A DNA stretch of 63,831 bases, filler included, from Octopus bimaculoides (Eukaryota): assembly GCF_001194135.2 (NCBI RefSeq). It is 4 parts of 4 records of this genome, joined end to end, with 100 filler letters (N's around TTAATTAATTAA, not from the genome) between each part and the next. Parts side by side here need not be neighbours in the genome. Positions count along the whole stretch, not along the records: positions 27,121 to 52,638 come from NC_068983.1; 3 more parts are not named here. One strand, 5' to 3'. Each line of letters begins with the position of its first letter. Position 1 is the first letter of the stretch. Of the stretch, positions 36,555 through 50,183 are shown piece after piece. The translations under genes and the position numbers were made by a program. Under the pieces are notes generated by a model. It was given only the letters and a program-made list of their open reading frames with translations, ran no database searches and had not been told where the DNA came from.

Positions 36555-38346
36555 TAGTGCTCCCTCTCTATAACGCGGGTGATAGGGTGCAAGAAAACCA
36601 ACTGTGTTCTATCCGGACCGCAGATTGCCGGGTAAGGTGGGGACAGGTGATAATAGAAGAAAATGAGATATTTGGTCTGATTAGTAAGGTACACAAACGA
36701 AAAAAAAAACATATTCAATCAAGTTTAACATTTATTATACAATACAAATAAATTACTTATAAAATATCATGAATTACAGCACTTACAACTTTTTAGAAAG
36801 TATTTACATTGTTTACTTCCGTGAGTAGTTCCTGTTGACTCTAAAATAAGAATTTTCAATAAATACTTATGAAATGCTTTTACATTGCATTTCTGATGTA
36901 ATGCCACCTAGTGAATGATTTGAGAGCCCTTAAAAGTATATTTAATTAATAAAGTACATTATATGAAAGTTCACTTTTAATTGTTTTCTATTCAATCACA
37001 TAAAAATGCCTGTCAGATTCTTCTAGCACAGTTCTTTCTTCATCTTAATGTGTGTCTGTCTGAGCAGATTCTCCAGGTGTATGGTGTTGACTGGGATAGC
37101 TTTCTCCAGAAGGTTGATGCTCCTAAGGTGGCTCCTAACACTAGGGACTTGAAAAATCATTCTTCAAATATGCTGGCTGTCATCCATGACCTGGCTGAGT
37201 GTTTGTAAAACACTGGTAGATTGTTCATGGGTGATCGATACTTGCCCACAACCAGGGGTTTAAGCTTGTGGGTGCCTGTCTCGTTGCAGGCAAAAAGGCT
37301 GGTGAGTCTGTTCATTGCCAGTTTGTAGCCCAAGGTCTTACGGGCATCCGTTGTTATTGCTAGGGTGTTGTTTGGTAGCATCTTCCAGTAGAGGCCGGAC
37401 TCATCTGCATTGTACAGTTGTTCAAGGGTGAGGGACTCTGCGTCCATATGCTACTTCAGGATAACAGGCAAATCATCTGCAGCTTGGCTATCTGCTGATC
37501 TCTCTGCTCCCCACTCATCTTGACAGCACCTATATTATGGCGCTTCTGGAACCTGTACAACCACCCTACTGACTAGAAAGGCTTGCTGGACAGGTTGCTC
37601 TGGATGCAGCTGGCTCTGAAACTTCTCTGCCTGGGTTTTGAAAATGCCTCCTGACAGTGGGGTGCCACCACTCTGCTCCTGGACAAACCAGGTGAAAACT
37701 GCTTTCTCAAGTTCACTATCAGTGACAGTCTCGGCCTTCTTCCTAGCCAGGCCCTCATTGTCCACGACTGTATTTCCATAACTCCTGGGGTTAATCAGGG
37801 TGGACTCTGGAACACCAGTCTCTCTCGATAGTTTGGCTTTGATTTCGCCATTTTGTATGCTGTCAACCAAATTTAATTTTTCCTTCACAGTTATAGGATT
37901 TCCTCTTAGGCATTGTGTATTCATACGGTAATTTTTTTTAATATCAGCAAGATACCTTGAAATTGTAATGAATGAAGTGGAATATGGTTTCCCTTTTATT
38001 ATATAAACCGTACCTCCAGGGTGTTAATTACTTCTTTTAAATATAAATGTTTTGACTCATTCGAGCCCTTTGATTGGCGAAAGCTTCTTCAAACAATCCA
38101 ATCAAATCGTGTCAAAGAAATTATGCACCCAGTTAAATGGTAACCGATTGCAATATTTTCAATCTGTTGGTTAAGGTATGTAATTCGTTGAAATTCGCTG
38201 AAATTCTGCTTTTAATCAAGGTTTTATCAAGTTGTGAGCGATAATGAGGGAAATTCAGCTTCAAATCATTTGGGGTCCATCAGACCACCCATCTTATATG
38301 CGGGAACGCGGTATAGCGAGACGCCTTATAAAGAGAGAGAGTACTG
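36555..38346 (-). mobile_element. pogo/Tigger-like transposon fossil (CENP-B HTH + DDE_1)
   Basis: KEKLNLVDSIQNGE..LSRETGVPESTL, ELEKAVFTWFVQ, EQLYNADESGLYWKMLP, RLTSLFACNETGTHKLKPLVVGK, SWMTASIFEE. TIRs tagtgctccctctctataacgcg versus cagtactctctctctttataaggcg (reverse complement), TA flanks. Confidence 0.92.
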
Positions 38347-38650
38347 TAGTAGCAATCAAACTATTCAACAAAAAAAAATGCTGCCGAAACAGCTGTAACG
38401 ACCCTTAAATCCAGTTATGTTCTTTTATGCAAACACCATATTTGAAACTATCCTTATATGGGATCTATAACTTGCATTGGATTGTGAACTTATACGTGTG
38501 TGTGTATATACAAATGTGTGTGTTCGTATGCATACGAACATATGGAAATGTGTATGCCTATGATTAAGTCTACGTATTTGTGGAACTCGACCCTTTCTCC
38601 CTGTCTTGAAAATTAAAATACCTACATTCCAACGAATTTTACAACTGATT

Positions 38651-38692
<42 letters not shown>

Positions 38693-38927
38693 GCACGCAC
38701 ACAAATATATATATGCATGTAAGTATGTACACACACACATACACCCATATGTGTACATGATGAATATAAATTGGTTCGACAACAGCTGTGATCATCATCT
38801 ATATATCCAGACACCCATCTCTTTCCCTCTTTTTTATATTATTTGCATACACACATACATACATACACACATATGAACCCAAATAAATATGTAAGTATAC
38901 ACGCTCACACTCCACCCTTAAAATATA

Positions 38928-40263
38928 TAGGGTGGAGGAGAGAGGACGGACGTTTTTGAAATGGCTATTGCTCAGCTCCAGTGGGAGAGACATGTGTCCG
39001 ACAGGTACCATTCGGTCCGTGGTGTCTTAGCATTTTTTTTTCTTTTCAGGTGAAGCCATGGAGCTGTGGACGATAGAGCTTTGTGCGTTTGCCTACAACA
39101 GTTACGTGAAGAATAACGAGTCTGTCACAGCAGTTTAGCTTGAGTTTCGGAGCCACTTCCAACATTCACCGAAATCAAGATATTCCCACCCGTAACACAA
39201 TCATGCGTCAGGTGAATGCACTTTGTACGTGAGGTACACTAATGAAAAGGAGACTGATGGGGGCGTCACGAATGGTACGGACCCCAGAAAATGTGGAGCG
39301 CGTCAGACAATCCTTGATACGGAGTCCGAATCTCTCTGCTCGGAGACATTCCACTGAACTTGGCATCGGTAATCGATCGGTAAGGCGTATTTTGCATGAA
39401 GATCTGCATTTCCACCCGTACAAATTAGACATTGAGCAACAGTTGAAACCATGGGACTATTCACAGTGGCTTAGCTTCGCACGTCAGATGGAAGCAATTT
39501 TTGAGGCAAATGACAACCATATTTTCTTAATGAGTAATGAAGCTCATTTTCATCTCAATGGTATGGTGAACCAACAGAATTGTTGTTATTGGACTCTTGA
39601 AAATCCGAGAGAACTGCACGAAAGATCACTGCACAGCCCCAAAGTGACGGTTTGGTGTGCTGTTGGAAAAGCTGCCGTCATCGGTCCTTACTTTTTTGAA
39701 GACAATAATGGAAATGATGTTACTGTGAACTCCAAGTGTTACATCGAGATGATAAACAACTTATTTGTACTTAAATTACGACGAAAACATATGCCCATTA
39801 GATGTGTATGGTTTCGGCAAGATTGGGCGACGGCCTACACAGCCAGAGAATCAAGGGACGTTCTTCGCCCTCTCTTCGGTTACCGCCTCATTTCCAGGTT
39901 TGCTGATATTCCTTGGCCCCCTTGGTCCCCTGATGTGTGATTATTTCTTGTGGGAAAACCTCAAGACAGTGTGTATGTATGTGCATAAGCCCCTTACATT
40001 GGACGATTTGAAGGAAGCTATTCGAGTGGAAGTTGCCCAAATTGACAGAGCAATGCTGGAGAGAGCGGAGGCCAACTTCCAAGAACGCCTTCAGAAATAC
40101 ATCAATGAAAACGGATACTTCATGATAGACGTTGTTTTCCACACTTGATTTTGACAAATGCTAATTCAATACGAACACGTTCATGTCAATAAAATTTGTT
40201 TGCAGCTAAAATTAACGATCTTGTGAATTTTCCAGAAACGTCCGTCCTCTCTGTCCCACCGTG
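38928..40263 (+). mobile_element. Tc1/mariner transposon fossil, rosa/DD41D-like, with TIRs
   Basis: MSNEAHFHLNGMVNQQNCCYW..SPKVTVWC..GPYFFED..VWFRQDWATAYTA..WPPWSPD, frameshift, then CDYFLW..LKEAIR..NFQERL. 28-bp TIRs at 38928-38955 and 40236-40263 (23/28 match). Confidence 0.92.
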
Positions 40264-40280
40264 CATGTGTGTGTGTATGT

Positions 40281-40318
<38 letters not shown>

Positions 40319-41016
40319 GTGCTCTCATGGTTCTCCAGCAGCTTGGACTACAACACCTTGTGGAAAGCAAGTTGAAGTTAAACGTTGTGGAATTGTGAAG
40401 AGAGGGGGTTCTTTTTGGCTACAACGCATACCTACACATCAACACATTGATATACTCTCATACATACACTCACAATTATACGAGTGTATATGCATTCAGA
40501 GACTCGAACATCATTTTCATTTATATATATATGTATGGTCCTTTATANNNNNNNNNNNNNNNNNNNNNNNNNNNNNNNNNNNNNNNNNNNNNNNNNNNNN
40601 NNNNNNNNNNNNNNNNNNNNNNNNNNNNNNNNNNNNNNNNNNNNNNNNNNNNNNNNNNNNNNNNNNNNNNNNNNNNNNNNNNNNNNNNNNNNNNNNNNNN
40701 NNNNNNNNNNNNNNNNNNNNNNNNNNNNNNNNNNNNNNNNNNNNNNNNNNNNNNNNNNNNNNNNNNNNNNNNNNNNNNNNNNNNNNNNNNNNNNNNNNNN
40801 NNNNNNNNNNNNNNNNNNNNNNNNNNNNNNNNNNNNNNNNNNNNNNNNNNNNNNNNNNNNNNNNNNNNNNNNNNNNNNNNNNNNNNNNNNNNNNNNNNNN
40901 NNNNNNNNNNNNNNNNNNNNNNNNNNNNNNNNNNNNNNNNNNNNNNNNNNNNNNNNNNNNNNNNNNNNNNNNNNNNNNNNNNNNNNNNNNNNNNNATACA
41001 TATATATATATACATA

Positions 41017-41180
41017 TATACGACGGGCTTTTTTCAGTTTCCGTCTACCAAATCCACTCACAAGGCTTTGGTCAGCCCGAAGCTATAGTAGAAGACACTT
41101 GCCCAAGGTGCCACGCAGTGGGACTGAACCCGGAGCCATGTGGCTGGTAAGCAAACTACTTACCACACAGCCACTCCTAC
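41017..41180 (-). mobile_element. SINE family A, 5' half (truncated at N-gap)
   Basis: Matches the head/core half of family A. Confidence 0.8.
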
Positions 41181-42111
41181 ACTTAGGACTCCAGTATTTA
41201 GTTGGTACTTAATGTTATTGCTCTTCCCGTTGGAGGAAAGGTAAAGTTGATCTGAGTGGGATTTGAACCCACAGTGTAATGTTCTAACTGAATGCTGCAG
41301 TCGTTTCGTCCGAGACTCTAACTATTCTGCCAATCCGTCTATTTGAATGGTATGTTGTTTTATCGATCCAGGAAGATAAGGTTAGCGACCGGTTGGGTTT
41401 TATCTCAGAATGTAAGGTGTTACTAAATCTAAGTACTGAAAGATCCCTGCTTATTCTGGCAATACACCTTCACAGAAATATAAATTAAAGAGGAAAGCCC
41501 TACCTGGTTACTCTGCCTACTAGAAAGAGCTACGAAATCCTCATCAAATCACGTTTTAATTTCTTGGAAAAGGAAAAATATTTTGTTAATGTAGTTGCAA
41601 ATATTCATAGAAATGCGGGTTAGTCACGGCTAGATTGTCTTCGACCAGTGGTCTACTCGATCAGGGTTGATCTGGGACTAACCAGCAACAACAATAAGAT
41701 AAAATCAGAAAGTGTATTAGAAAATTTAGAAAATAAGTGAAAAAAGGAACACAAAATAGATATAGATGGAGTAAAGTATGTGTGAAAGAAACGATGATTG
41801 AGGAAGTTTCGGAATTGTTGAAATTCGAAGTCCCAAACCTCACATTAAAGGAAAAGGGAAGTGGCTATCTTTATATTTTAGGATTCCGATATTTCATACA
41901 ACGGAAATTACAATTCTGAAAAAAATGTTTACAAAAATTTCACTTTCTCCTTCCTTCCGTATTCTTTTGCTTTCCTATGATGTATGGAACTTCGATGGGT
42001 AATTATTCCAAAACTCCGCCAATGATTGATTGAGGAAGAAGATAAGTAATTGCAGAATTGAAAAAAAAAAAATTCGTGAATGTCAGTATCGGGAAAAATT
42101 TTTTTTAAGGA

Positions 42112-42530
42112 GGCGCAGGAGTGGCTGTCTGGTAAGTAGCTTGCTTACCAACCACATGGTTCCAGGTTCAGTCCCACTGCGTAGCACTTTGGGCAAGTGT
42201 CTTCTACTATAGCCTCGGGCCGACCAAAGCCTTGTGAGTGGATTTGGTAGACGGAAACTGAAAGAAGACCGTCGTATATATGTATATATATGTATATGTA
42301 TGTGTGTTTGTGTGTCTGTGTTTGTGTCCCCCCTCCCTCAACATCGCTTGACAACCGATGCTGGTGTGTTTACGTCCCCGTAACTTAGCGGTTCAGCAAA
42401 ACAGACCGATAGAATAAGTACTAGGCTTACAAAGAATAAGTCCTAGGGTCGATTTTCTCGACTAAAGGCGGTGTTCCAGCATGGCCGCAGTCAAATGACT
42501 GAAACAAATAAAAGAGTAAAAGAGTAAAGA
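42112..42530 (+). mobile_element. tRNA-derived SINE family A, full-length copy
   Basis: Head ggcgcaggagtggctg..ggttcagtccc, CORE-like ttgggcaagtg, internal (TA/TG)n, tail gtcaaatgactgaaac(aaaagagt)n. Other copies listed separately; decayed ones near 46925-47095 and 58640-58790. Confidence 0.88.
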
Positions 42531-43419
42531 AAAAAATAAAGTGTACGAAGAGGTGAGAGTTCTGGCGTTTTGGATAGGTTCTGATTGAAATTGTGCCTTA
42601 AGAATTTTATTAATAACACCAGGAACAGATAAAGGACAGAACGAGTGAAATTAAGTAGAGAGCGAAAAAAGAGAAAATGTCTAAACGAAGGGTTTTAGAG
42701 AACGAGAAAGAGAAAGAGAGATGGAGAGGCAGAAATAATGATAAGAGAGAATAAAAGAAAAGTGAGACAGAAATAATTGTAGAGAAGAAGGACAGAGAAA
42801 AGAAGAGTTAAGAAAGTAAATGGGGAAAATGGAAACGTAAGAGTTAAAAGAATCGAAGTTGGAGAATGAGAGAAAAGGGGAAAACAGAAAAATAAGAAAT
42901 AAAAGAGGAAAGGTAAATGAGAGAGAGGAAATAAAAAAAACAAGTGATAAAGTAAAGTAAGTGAAAGAAAAATAAAGAATAGTAAAAAAAAAAGGATAAG
43001 GGACGATAAAGAAGGCAAGGGGAAAATATTAAAAAGAAAAGAAACGAAAGGGAAAATTAAAAAATGAAAGGGAAAAGCATGGACGTTTAAAGAGAAAAAA
43101 GAGAGGAGTGAAAAAGTGATCATGGGAGAAACCATTGAGTGTGTGAGAAATGAGTGTGAGAGAAGAAGAAATTTATGGAGAAACAGGAGGAAGAGGAAGA
43201 GGAAAATTAGAAATAAAGAGGAAGATGTAAAGGTGTCAGTGAGTTCGAGAAAGAGAGAGAGAGTGAGAGAGAGAGAGAGAGTGAGTGTGTGTGTGTACAT
43301 GTGTGTGAGTGTGTGTGTGTGAGTGTGTATGTGTGTGTGTACGTGTGTGTGTACGTGTGTGTGTGCACATGTGTGTGTGAGTGTGTGTGTGTGAGTGTGT
43401 ATGTGTGTGTGTACGTGTG

Positions 43420-44095
43420 TGTGTACGTGTGTGTGTGTGTGTACATCTGTGTGTGTGTGTGTGTGTGTACATGTGTGTGTACGTATGTGTGAGTGTATAC
43501 GTGTGCGCGCGTAAAAGATAGAGCTGGAAGGAGTAATGCAATAGAGAAAAAAAAGAGACAGAAAAGGTGTAAGAGTAGAAGGTAAAAGGAAAAAAAAAGG
43601 AGGAAGAGGAAGAGGAAGAGGAAGAGAACCCGACAGATAGTTAAAAAGATAAAGAGTGNNNNNNNNNNTGTGTGTGTACGTGTGTGTGTGTGAGTGTGTG
43701 TGAGTGTGTGTGTGTGAGTGTGTGTGTGAGTGTGTATGTGTGTATGTGTGTGTACGTGTGTGTGTACATGTGTGTGTGTGCGTGCGTGCGTGTGTGTGTG
43801 TGTGTACGTGTGTGTGTACGCGTGTACATGTGTGTGTGTATGTGTGTGTACGTGTGTGTGTACGTGTGTGTGTGTGTGTACATCTGTGTGTGTGTGTGTG
43901 TGTGTACATGTGTGTGTACGTATGTGTGAGTGTATACGTGTGCGCGCGTAAAAGATAGAGCTGGAAGGAGTAATGCAATAGAGAAAAAAAAGAGACAGAA
44001 AAGGTGTAAGAGTAGAAGGTAAAAGGAAAAAAAAAGGAGGAAGAGGAAGAGGAAGAGGAAGAGAACCCGACAGATAGTTAAAAAGATAAAGAGTG
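43420..44095 (+). other. Identical ~240-bp direct duplication flanking a 10-N gap (likely unmerged contig overlap)
   Basis: 43501-43658 equals 43938-44095 (offset 437). The first copy ends exactly at the gap 43659-43668. Confidence 0.8.
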
Positions 44096-44532
44096 AGTGT
44101 GTGAGTGACAGAGAGGAAAAGAGAGTAAAAACAAAGCGAATCAGAGACGCAGAGGAAAGACAGAGTAATTTTTTCCTCCCTACTTCTTTTCCTCTCTTCT
44201 TGTCTTTTCGTGTTCTTTTTTCTGGTGAGCGCATCGTAACACAAGAACATTTTTTTTAAAACCTGGGACGGATAAGATACAGAGGCCAACCTTGCCCCTG
44301 AAGTAGTGGAGGCAAGGCGAGAAGTGTGTGCGTGTGTGTACATCTCTGTCTCTCTCTATTTATCTTCTCTCCTCCAATCTACTACGAACAAACTTTGTAG
44401 TAGTTAATTTAGCAACAATTTGGGGGGAAAAAACCCTACGGGTTGAAAGGAATATAACAAGAGTGACATCAACACTTAAATCCATAAAGGTCTCTAAGAA
44501 AAAATCCGGAATAAACGTTTACATATTAAAAT

Positions 44533-44631
44533 ATGGAGACTTTGTGGCTGTCCCGAAGTTGCAGTGACGTACCCTGGGGATTTCGATTACAAGGGGGATC
44601 GGATTTTGCTAAGCCGCTATCTGTTCAACGC
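44533..44631 (+). CDS. First coding exon of a PDZ-LIM family gene (Zasp/PDLIM/Enigma-like), N-terminal PDZ domain
   Basis: ATG in good context (aaaatATGG) encodes METLWLSRSCSDVPWGFRLQGGSDFAKPLSVQR, then a canonical donor CGC|GTAAGT in phase 0. PWGFRLQGGxDF..PL is the hallmark start of PDZ-LIM proteins. Exon 2 (expected VxPGSxA..GD) was not found downstream by eye. Confidence 0.9.
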
Positions 44632-45128
44632 GTAAGTATTGCTAACTTTTTCTCTTCTTTCCATCCCTTACATATCAGTGTGTGTGTGCCCCTGTGTGAG
44701 TGTGTGAGAGAGAGACAGACAGATAGATAGAGAAACAGAGAGAGAAAGAAAGAGAGTTGTGTGTTGTGTGTTGTTTCAGTTTACAAATAGTTTTTATGCA
44801 TTAAATCATTGATAGAGTTTATGTTTAAATTTTGTGTGAGAGTTTTGTTCAACAATTGTTAGTGTATTGTCTTTATTCTACTTCATTGTGTGAGTGTGGT
44901 TTTTTTTTTGATTTTGTTTTTGTTTTTGTTTTGTTTTTAGTTTTTTTTTTGGTGGAGGCGGGTTGAAAACATGACAAAGTAGAAACGAACAATCCACAGC
45001 TACAGCAATAGACAAACAGGTTGATCGAAAATATTGATTTATACACAGAAGGATGTTTACACGCATACATACACGCACGCACACGCGCACACGTTATATG
45101 TCATATATATATGTATATGTGTGTGTGT

Positions 45129-45166
<38 letters not shown>

Positions 45167-45872
45167 TACATGAGATAAAAACATTTATAAACTGCCGTTG
45201 ATGTAAGATAAGTAGATAGATGACTGTGTGTGAGTCCCCGAAAGATTGCCTAGATAACTAGAGACAGACAGACAGAGTGAAAGAGAGTGAAAGAGAGAGA
45301 GAGAGAGGGAGAGAGATAGAAGAGAGAGAGAGAGAGATCAAAACATCGAAAACGTCAGACCTATGAAGATAAAGGTGACTGAATGTAATGGGACGAAATG
45401 TTAAAAGTGATGCAGTTGTTTCAGGTTTGTAATGCCTGAAAATATGTTTGAATTAGGTGTAAATCCCAACTGTCGGATGAATTGAACCTCCTTCATCAAT
45501 CGTATTATTAGAAATACATTAGAATTGGAAAGCATCGAGCAAAGTATGATAATTTAGTTGGACATTTAAACTAAATTATCAAAGGATTAAGTTTCAATAC
45601 CGACATATTTTGCTCAACGGTAAGAGGTAAATGTCCGGCAAATGGAGTCCCTGATGCGGTTTCGATTCTTATAAGTCAGTATCTTATTTATGTCATTAAT
45701 GCCCTTGACAAAGCAAACTTCACGCTATATTATTCCTATCCACCTATATATTTAGAAAAGAAAATAAATCAATTTTTAATACATCTTTACTATTGCAATC
45801 GCCATATGTCAGAGTTTTGTAGTAACGAGTTCCCAGCTCAAACTGTGAATATCCTTTGAAGAGTTAGTCAGC

Positions 45873-45920
<48 letters not shown>

Positions 45921-47708
45921 CAACTTCAGTAATTATTGTTTTATTCTAATATGCCTGTGTCATCCCTGTATTGTGAGAGGTTTCGACCGGTTCGGACAGC
46001 TTCCCCTAGCAGCCCCATCACAAATATAGTTATCTATTTATTTTAATTTTGTTTCTCTCCAATTTGACGGTTAATGATGGATCCATTTTAATATTGGTTT
46101 CACATTTTGACACAAGACCAGTAATTTCGAGGGAGGAGTAAGTCGACTACATCTACTATTTTATCGACTCCGAAAGGACGAAAAGTAAAGACGGAATTTG
46201 AACTCAGAACGTAAGAACGGGCGGAATGCTACTAAGCATTTTATCCAGAGTACTAACGGTTCTGCTAGCACGCCGTTTTGATCCATTTTAATATTGAAGA
46301 ACTCTTTCGGTTGAAATCATTTTGCAATGCGTTTGTACAGTTTGAGCATTGAACTACAAACGGATGATGAAAAGAGCACAGGTAGATAAATTGAAAAGAC
46401 ACGCGTGGCACATATATAGTTTTTTAATTTCCAGGAAGAAGAAACCATCGTAGTAGCGATTGTGGAATATATTGACGTATGTAGCATACGTTGATAGACT
46501 ATTGTTTGCAGCGTGTTGATTTCTGAATAGGACAGATGACCTTTGTGTGGTGGTGGTGGGGAGGAGTACTAGTAGGAATATTCATGTGTGCGTAACAGCT
46601 GTACCTTACTGCATATGGAGGCAGTACAATAATTCATTAAGCCATAGATATAATTGGCTGTTCCTCCCTCTCACCTATGTGTACAGTCTTTTCACTGAAT
46701 TGAGTGGTATATTGGTAGAATTGACAGTTGCTAGAATAGAAGTTGATGGGTTGGCTGAATAGGCAATTGATATATTGGCAGAATAGATATTTGTAAATTG
46801 ATACAGTAGACAGTTGTAAATTGGTGCAATAGATAGTTGGCGAATTGGTAAGATCGACAATTGATAGATTTGTAGAAATCGAAGTAAGATGAGTAAAATA
46901 CGTTGCCGTATTTGGTTAGTTTCTTAAACGTTTTTTTCTGACTAGATGATTAAGTAGTTCTTTATGCAACTACATGGTTTCAGGTTCGATCGCACAGCAC
47001 ATTGACTTTTTCTTTCTTTTTTTTTTTTTTTTTTGCCTTAATCTTAAATCGACTAACTTCATGTGGATGAAATTTGATGGACGGAAACTCTTTGGACACT
47101 CATAAGAAAGGCCGGTACTGTTTGGGAATGGTTCTTGGTTGCCTTTAGCAGAGTTTTTATGGCTTCAAACATTCTGGTCAAGTCTCCAGCTTAACTTCTC
47201 TTCTTCCCACTTGTTTCAGAAGCCTCTAAAATGGTCTTTGGCTTTAGTTTTCATTCTCTGAAGAAGCCATAGTCTTTTTAATCGTGCCAAGGTCAATTTT
47301 GCGTTTCGTCTATCCAGGATCAATAAAATAGATAGCCATCGAGCAGTGGAATCGATATATCGATAACACAAATGTGTGACACAGTTTTCTATATAAGAAA
47401 TCAATATTTTCTCATCATATATGCGTTAAACGCATATATTTATGAACATGTGTATATAAGCGTATACACACGCACACACCACACACACACACACACACAT
47501 ACACACACACACATACACACACATATACACACACACACATACCAAGTGAACGAAAGACAGTAGCATTCAACGCATTTCGTTGGAGTTACATGTATCTAAG
47601 AACAGTTTGTCTTACTTTAAGTAATGTGGAGCTAAGTCAGAGTTTTACTATATATCTATCTGTATGTGTGTGTATGTGCCATACATTATAATATACAGTA
47701 TAACTAAA

Positions 47709-47981
47709 CTGGCACTCAGTCGGTTACGACTTCGAGGATTCCAGTTTGATCCGATCAACAGAATAGCCTGCTCGTGAAATTAACATGGATGTGGCCGAGC
47801 ACTTTACAGACACGCGTACCCTTAACGTAGGCAGGTACTACTCATTTTTGATTTTTTTCAGCTGAGTGGACTGGAACATCGTGAAATAAAGTATCTTGCT
47901 CAATGAGCACAACGCACCGTCGGGAGTCGGACTCATGACCTTACGATCGTGAGCCGATTATCCTAACCACTAAGCCACGCG
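47709..47981 (-). mobile_element. SINE family C-related copy
   Basis: Reverse complement of the family C 3' block joined to a tRNA-like head. Confidence 0.7.
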
Positions 47982-47987
47982 CTTTCA

Positions 47988-48098
<111 letters not shown>

Positions 48099-49257
48099 TG
48101 TGTGTATTACATATGTACGTATGTGTGTGTGTGTGTGTGTATTTATGTATGTATTATATACATATATTATAAAATTAATGTATAGGCATTATATATTATG
48201 TAGTATATATACAAATTTATTGATACTTATACAAAATAATAATTTCTTGATTTATTAAAATTATCATAAATTCTTGGTTTGTAAAATTGTTTCCGTTTGT
48301 AGAGGTTAATTACCAAATGGCAATTGAGAACAGCGCCACATGAGAAGGGGAGATAATCTCAAGAATCAAGATTTCGCCAAAGATGACCTGCCAATAAAGA
48401 AAAGGACAGGTTTACTACATGGAGACAAAATGACAATCAAAGATACGTGTTTCTGCCTCAATACACGTCATTATCACAGCAATTTTCCTAATCTATCTCC
48501 AGCAGTGAATGGACATAGACATTTACAAAAGGAGTAGAACATATTCATGGCCTATCTGATCTGCGTAAATTAAATCAAAATTGAGCTAAGAGCAATAAGT
48601 CAGAGTGGCTAATGGTTTGTATAGGAACATCAAAGATGCAGGTATATCAAATACCCTACAACATATATTCTACGTTTGTTGAAATTTCATCTCCTCTCCT
48701 AGAGAATGTGTCATAATTACGAATTTTTATAATTAAAGAATTCATGTTGTGTATTTGATAAACCTGCATTGTCTATATTGTTTGCATACATCCCATTGGT
48801 TACTTGGTGTTATTTTGCATGGTGTTATTTTCTTTAATTATGCAAATTACCCAGACCGTGTGTTCTACTCTTTTTTATATGTCTATGTCCTCTGGTGGCT
48901 GAAGATAAGTTAGAATAATGGCTCGCTGATGATACCTTTTGAGGTAGAAACTCGTCTCGACGATTGCCTTTTTATCTCCTGGTAGTAATCCTGTGCTTTT
49001 CCAATTTTGACGAATTCTTGATTATTTTCCTTTTTCATATGGAGCCATTCTCAATTGCCGTTTGACACATCCCCTGCAGGCGAAGATAAATCTGTATACC
49101 TTTTGATGTAACTGCATCTGTCTATGTTTTATAAATATGTGTATGTGTGTGTGCATGTATGTATGTATGTATATATGTATATATGTATGTATGTATGTGT
49201 GTGTGTATATGTATGTACGTGTGGACATACATAGAAACATATTTGTAGGATATCTTC

Positions 49258-49638
49258 TTTTATTCTTTTACTTGTTTCAGTAATTTTGACTGCGGCCATG
49301 CTGAAGCACCGCCTTTAGTCGAAGAAATCGACCCCAGGACTTATTCTCTGTAAGCCTAGTACTTATTCTATCGGTCTCTTTTGCCTAACAGCTAAATTAC
49401 GGGGATGTAAACGCACCAGCATCGGTTGTCAAGCGATGTTGGGGAAGACAAACACAGACACACAAATATATATACAACGGGCTTCTTTCAGTATCCGTCT
49501 ACCAAATCCACTTACAAGGCTTTGGTCGGCCCGAGGCTATAGTAGACGACACTTGCCCAAGGTGCCACGCAGTGGGACTGAACCCGGAACCATGTGGTTG
49601 GTAAGCAAGCTAATTACCACACAGCCACCCCTGCGCCT
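49258..49638 (-). mobile_element. SINE family A copy
   Basis: Reverse complement match to 42112-42530 along its length. Confidence 0.88.
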
Positions 49639-50134
49639 AAAAATAAATCATATTAGAAAATTTACAAATACACTTTCTGAAAGAAAAACATTGAAACAAG
49701 CTCCCATCACAAAGTAGAAGCTTCGTCGCTTGATGAGAGGTCGCGTTGAACCTCATTAAAAAGGAAAGAAATACCTATTAGATAATCCAGTAAAACATTC
49801 ATTGGAGCTATTGAGAAATGCTATGCATTTGGAAGAGTCCGTTCTTTGTAATGGATATCTCCATCACTTGGCAAGCGATAGATTCGTTGCTCGCTTCCCC
49901 CCGGTGGTATCTGTTCCCTCTATTTTCTATGAACTTATTTGTAAATTTTTTATATATATAATCTGTGTATATCCTTATATATTTATTTGAGTTAATAAAT
50001 TCCCGTGTAAATATGTGCGTATGTATATTGAAACACACATAAAATATATGCACGTAGGTATAGGTAGAGAGATAGACAGACAAACAGACAGACAGACAAA
50101 CAGGCAGACAGGCAGACAGGCAGACAGACAGACG

Positions 50135-50183
<49 letters not shown>

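Noticed and set aside
43420-44095. Tandem duplication upstream of the PDZ-LIM gene
   Set aside because: The copies are identical and abut a 10-N gap, so an unmerged contig overlap is more likely than a real duplication.
48975-49010. SPGS as the start of PDZ exon 2
   Set aside because: No acceptor AG, and a stop follows within 8 codons.
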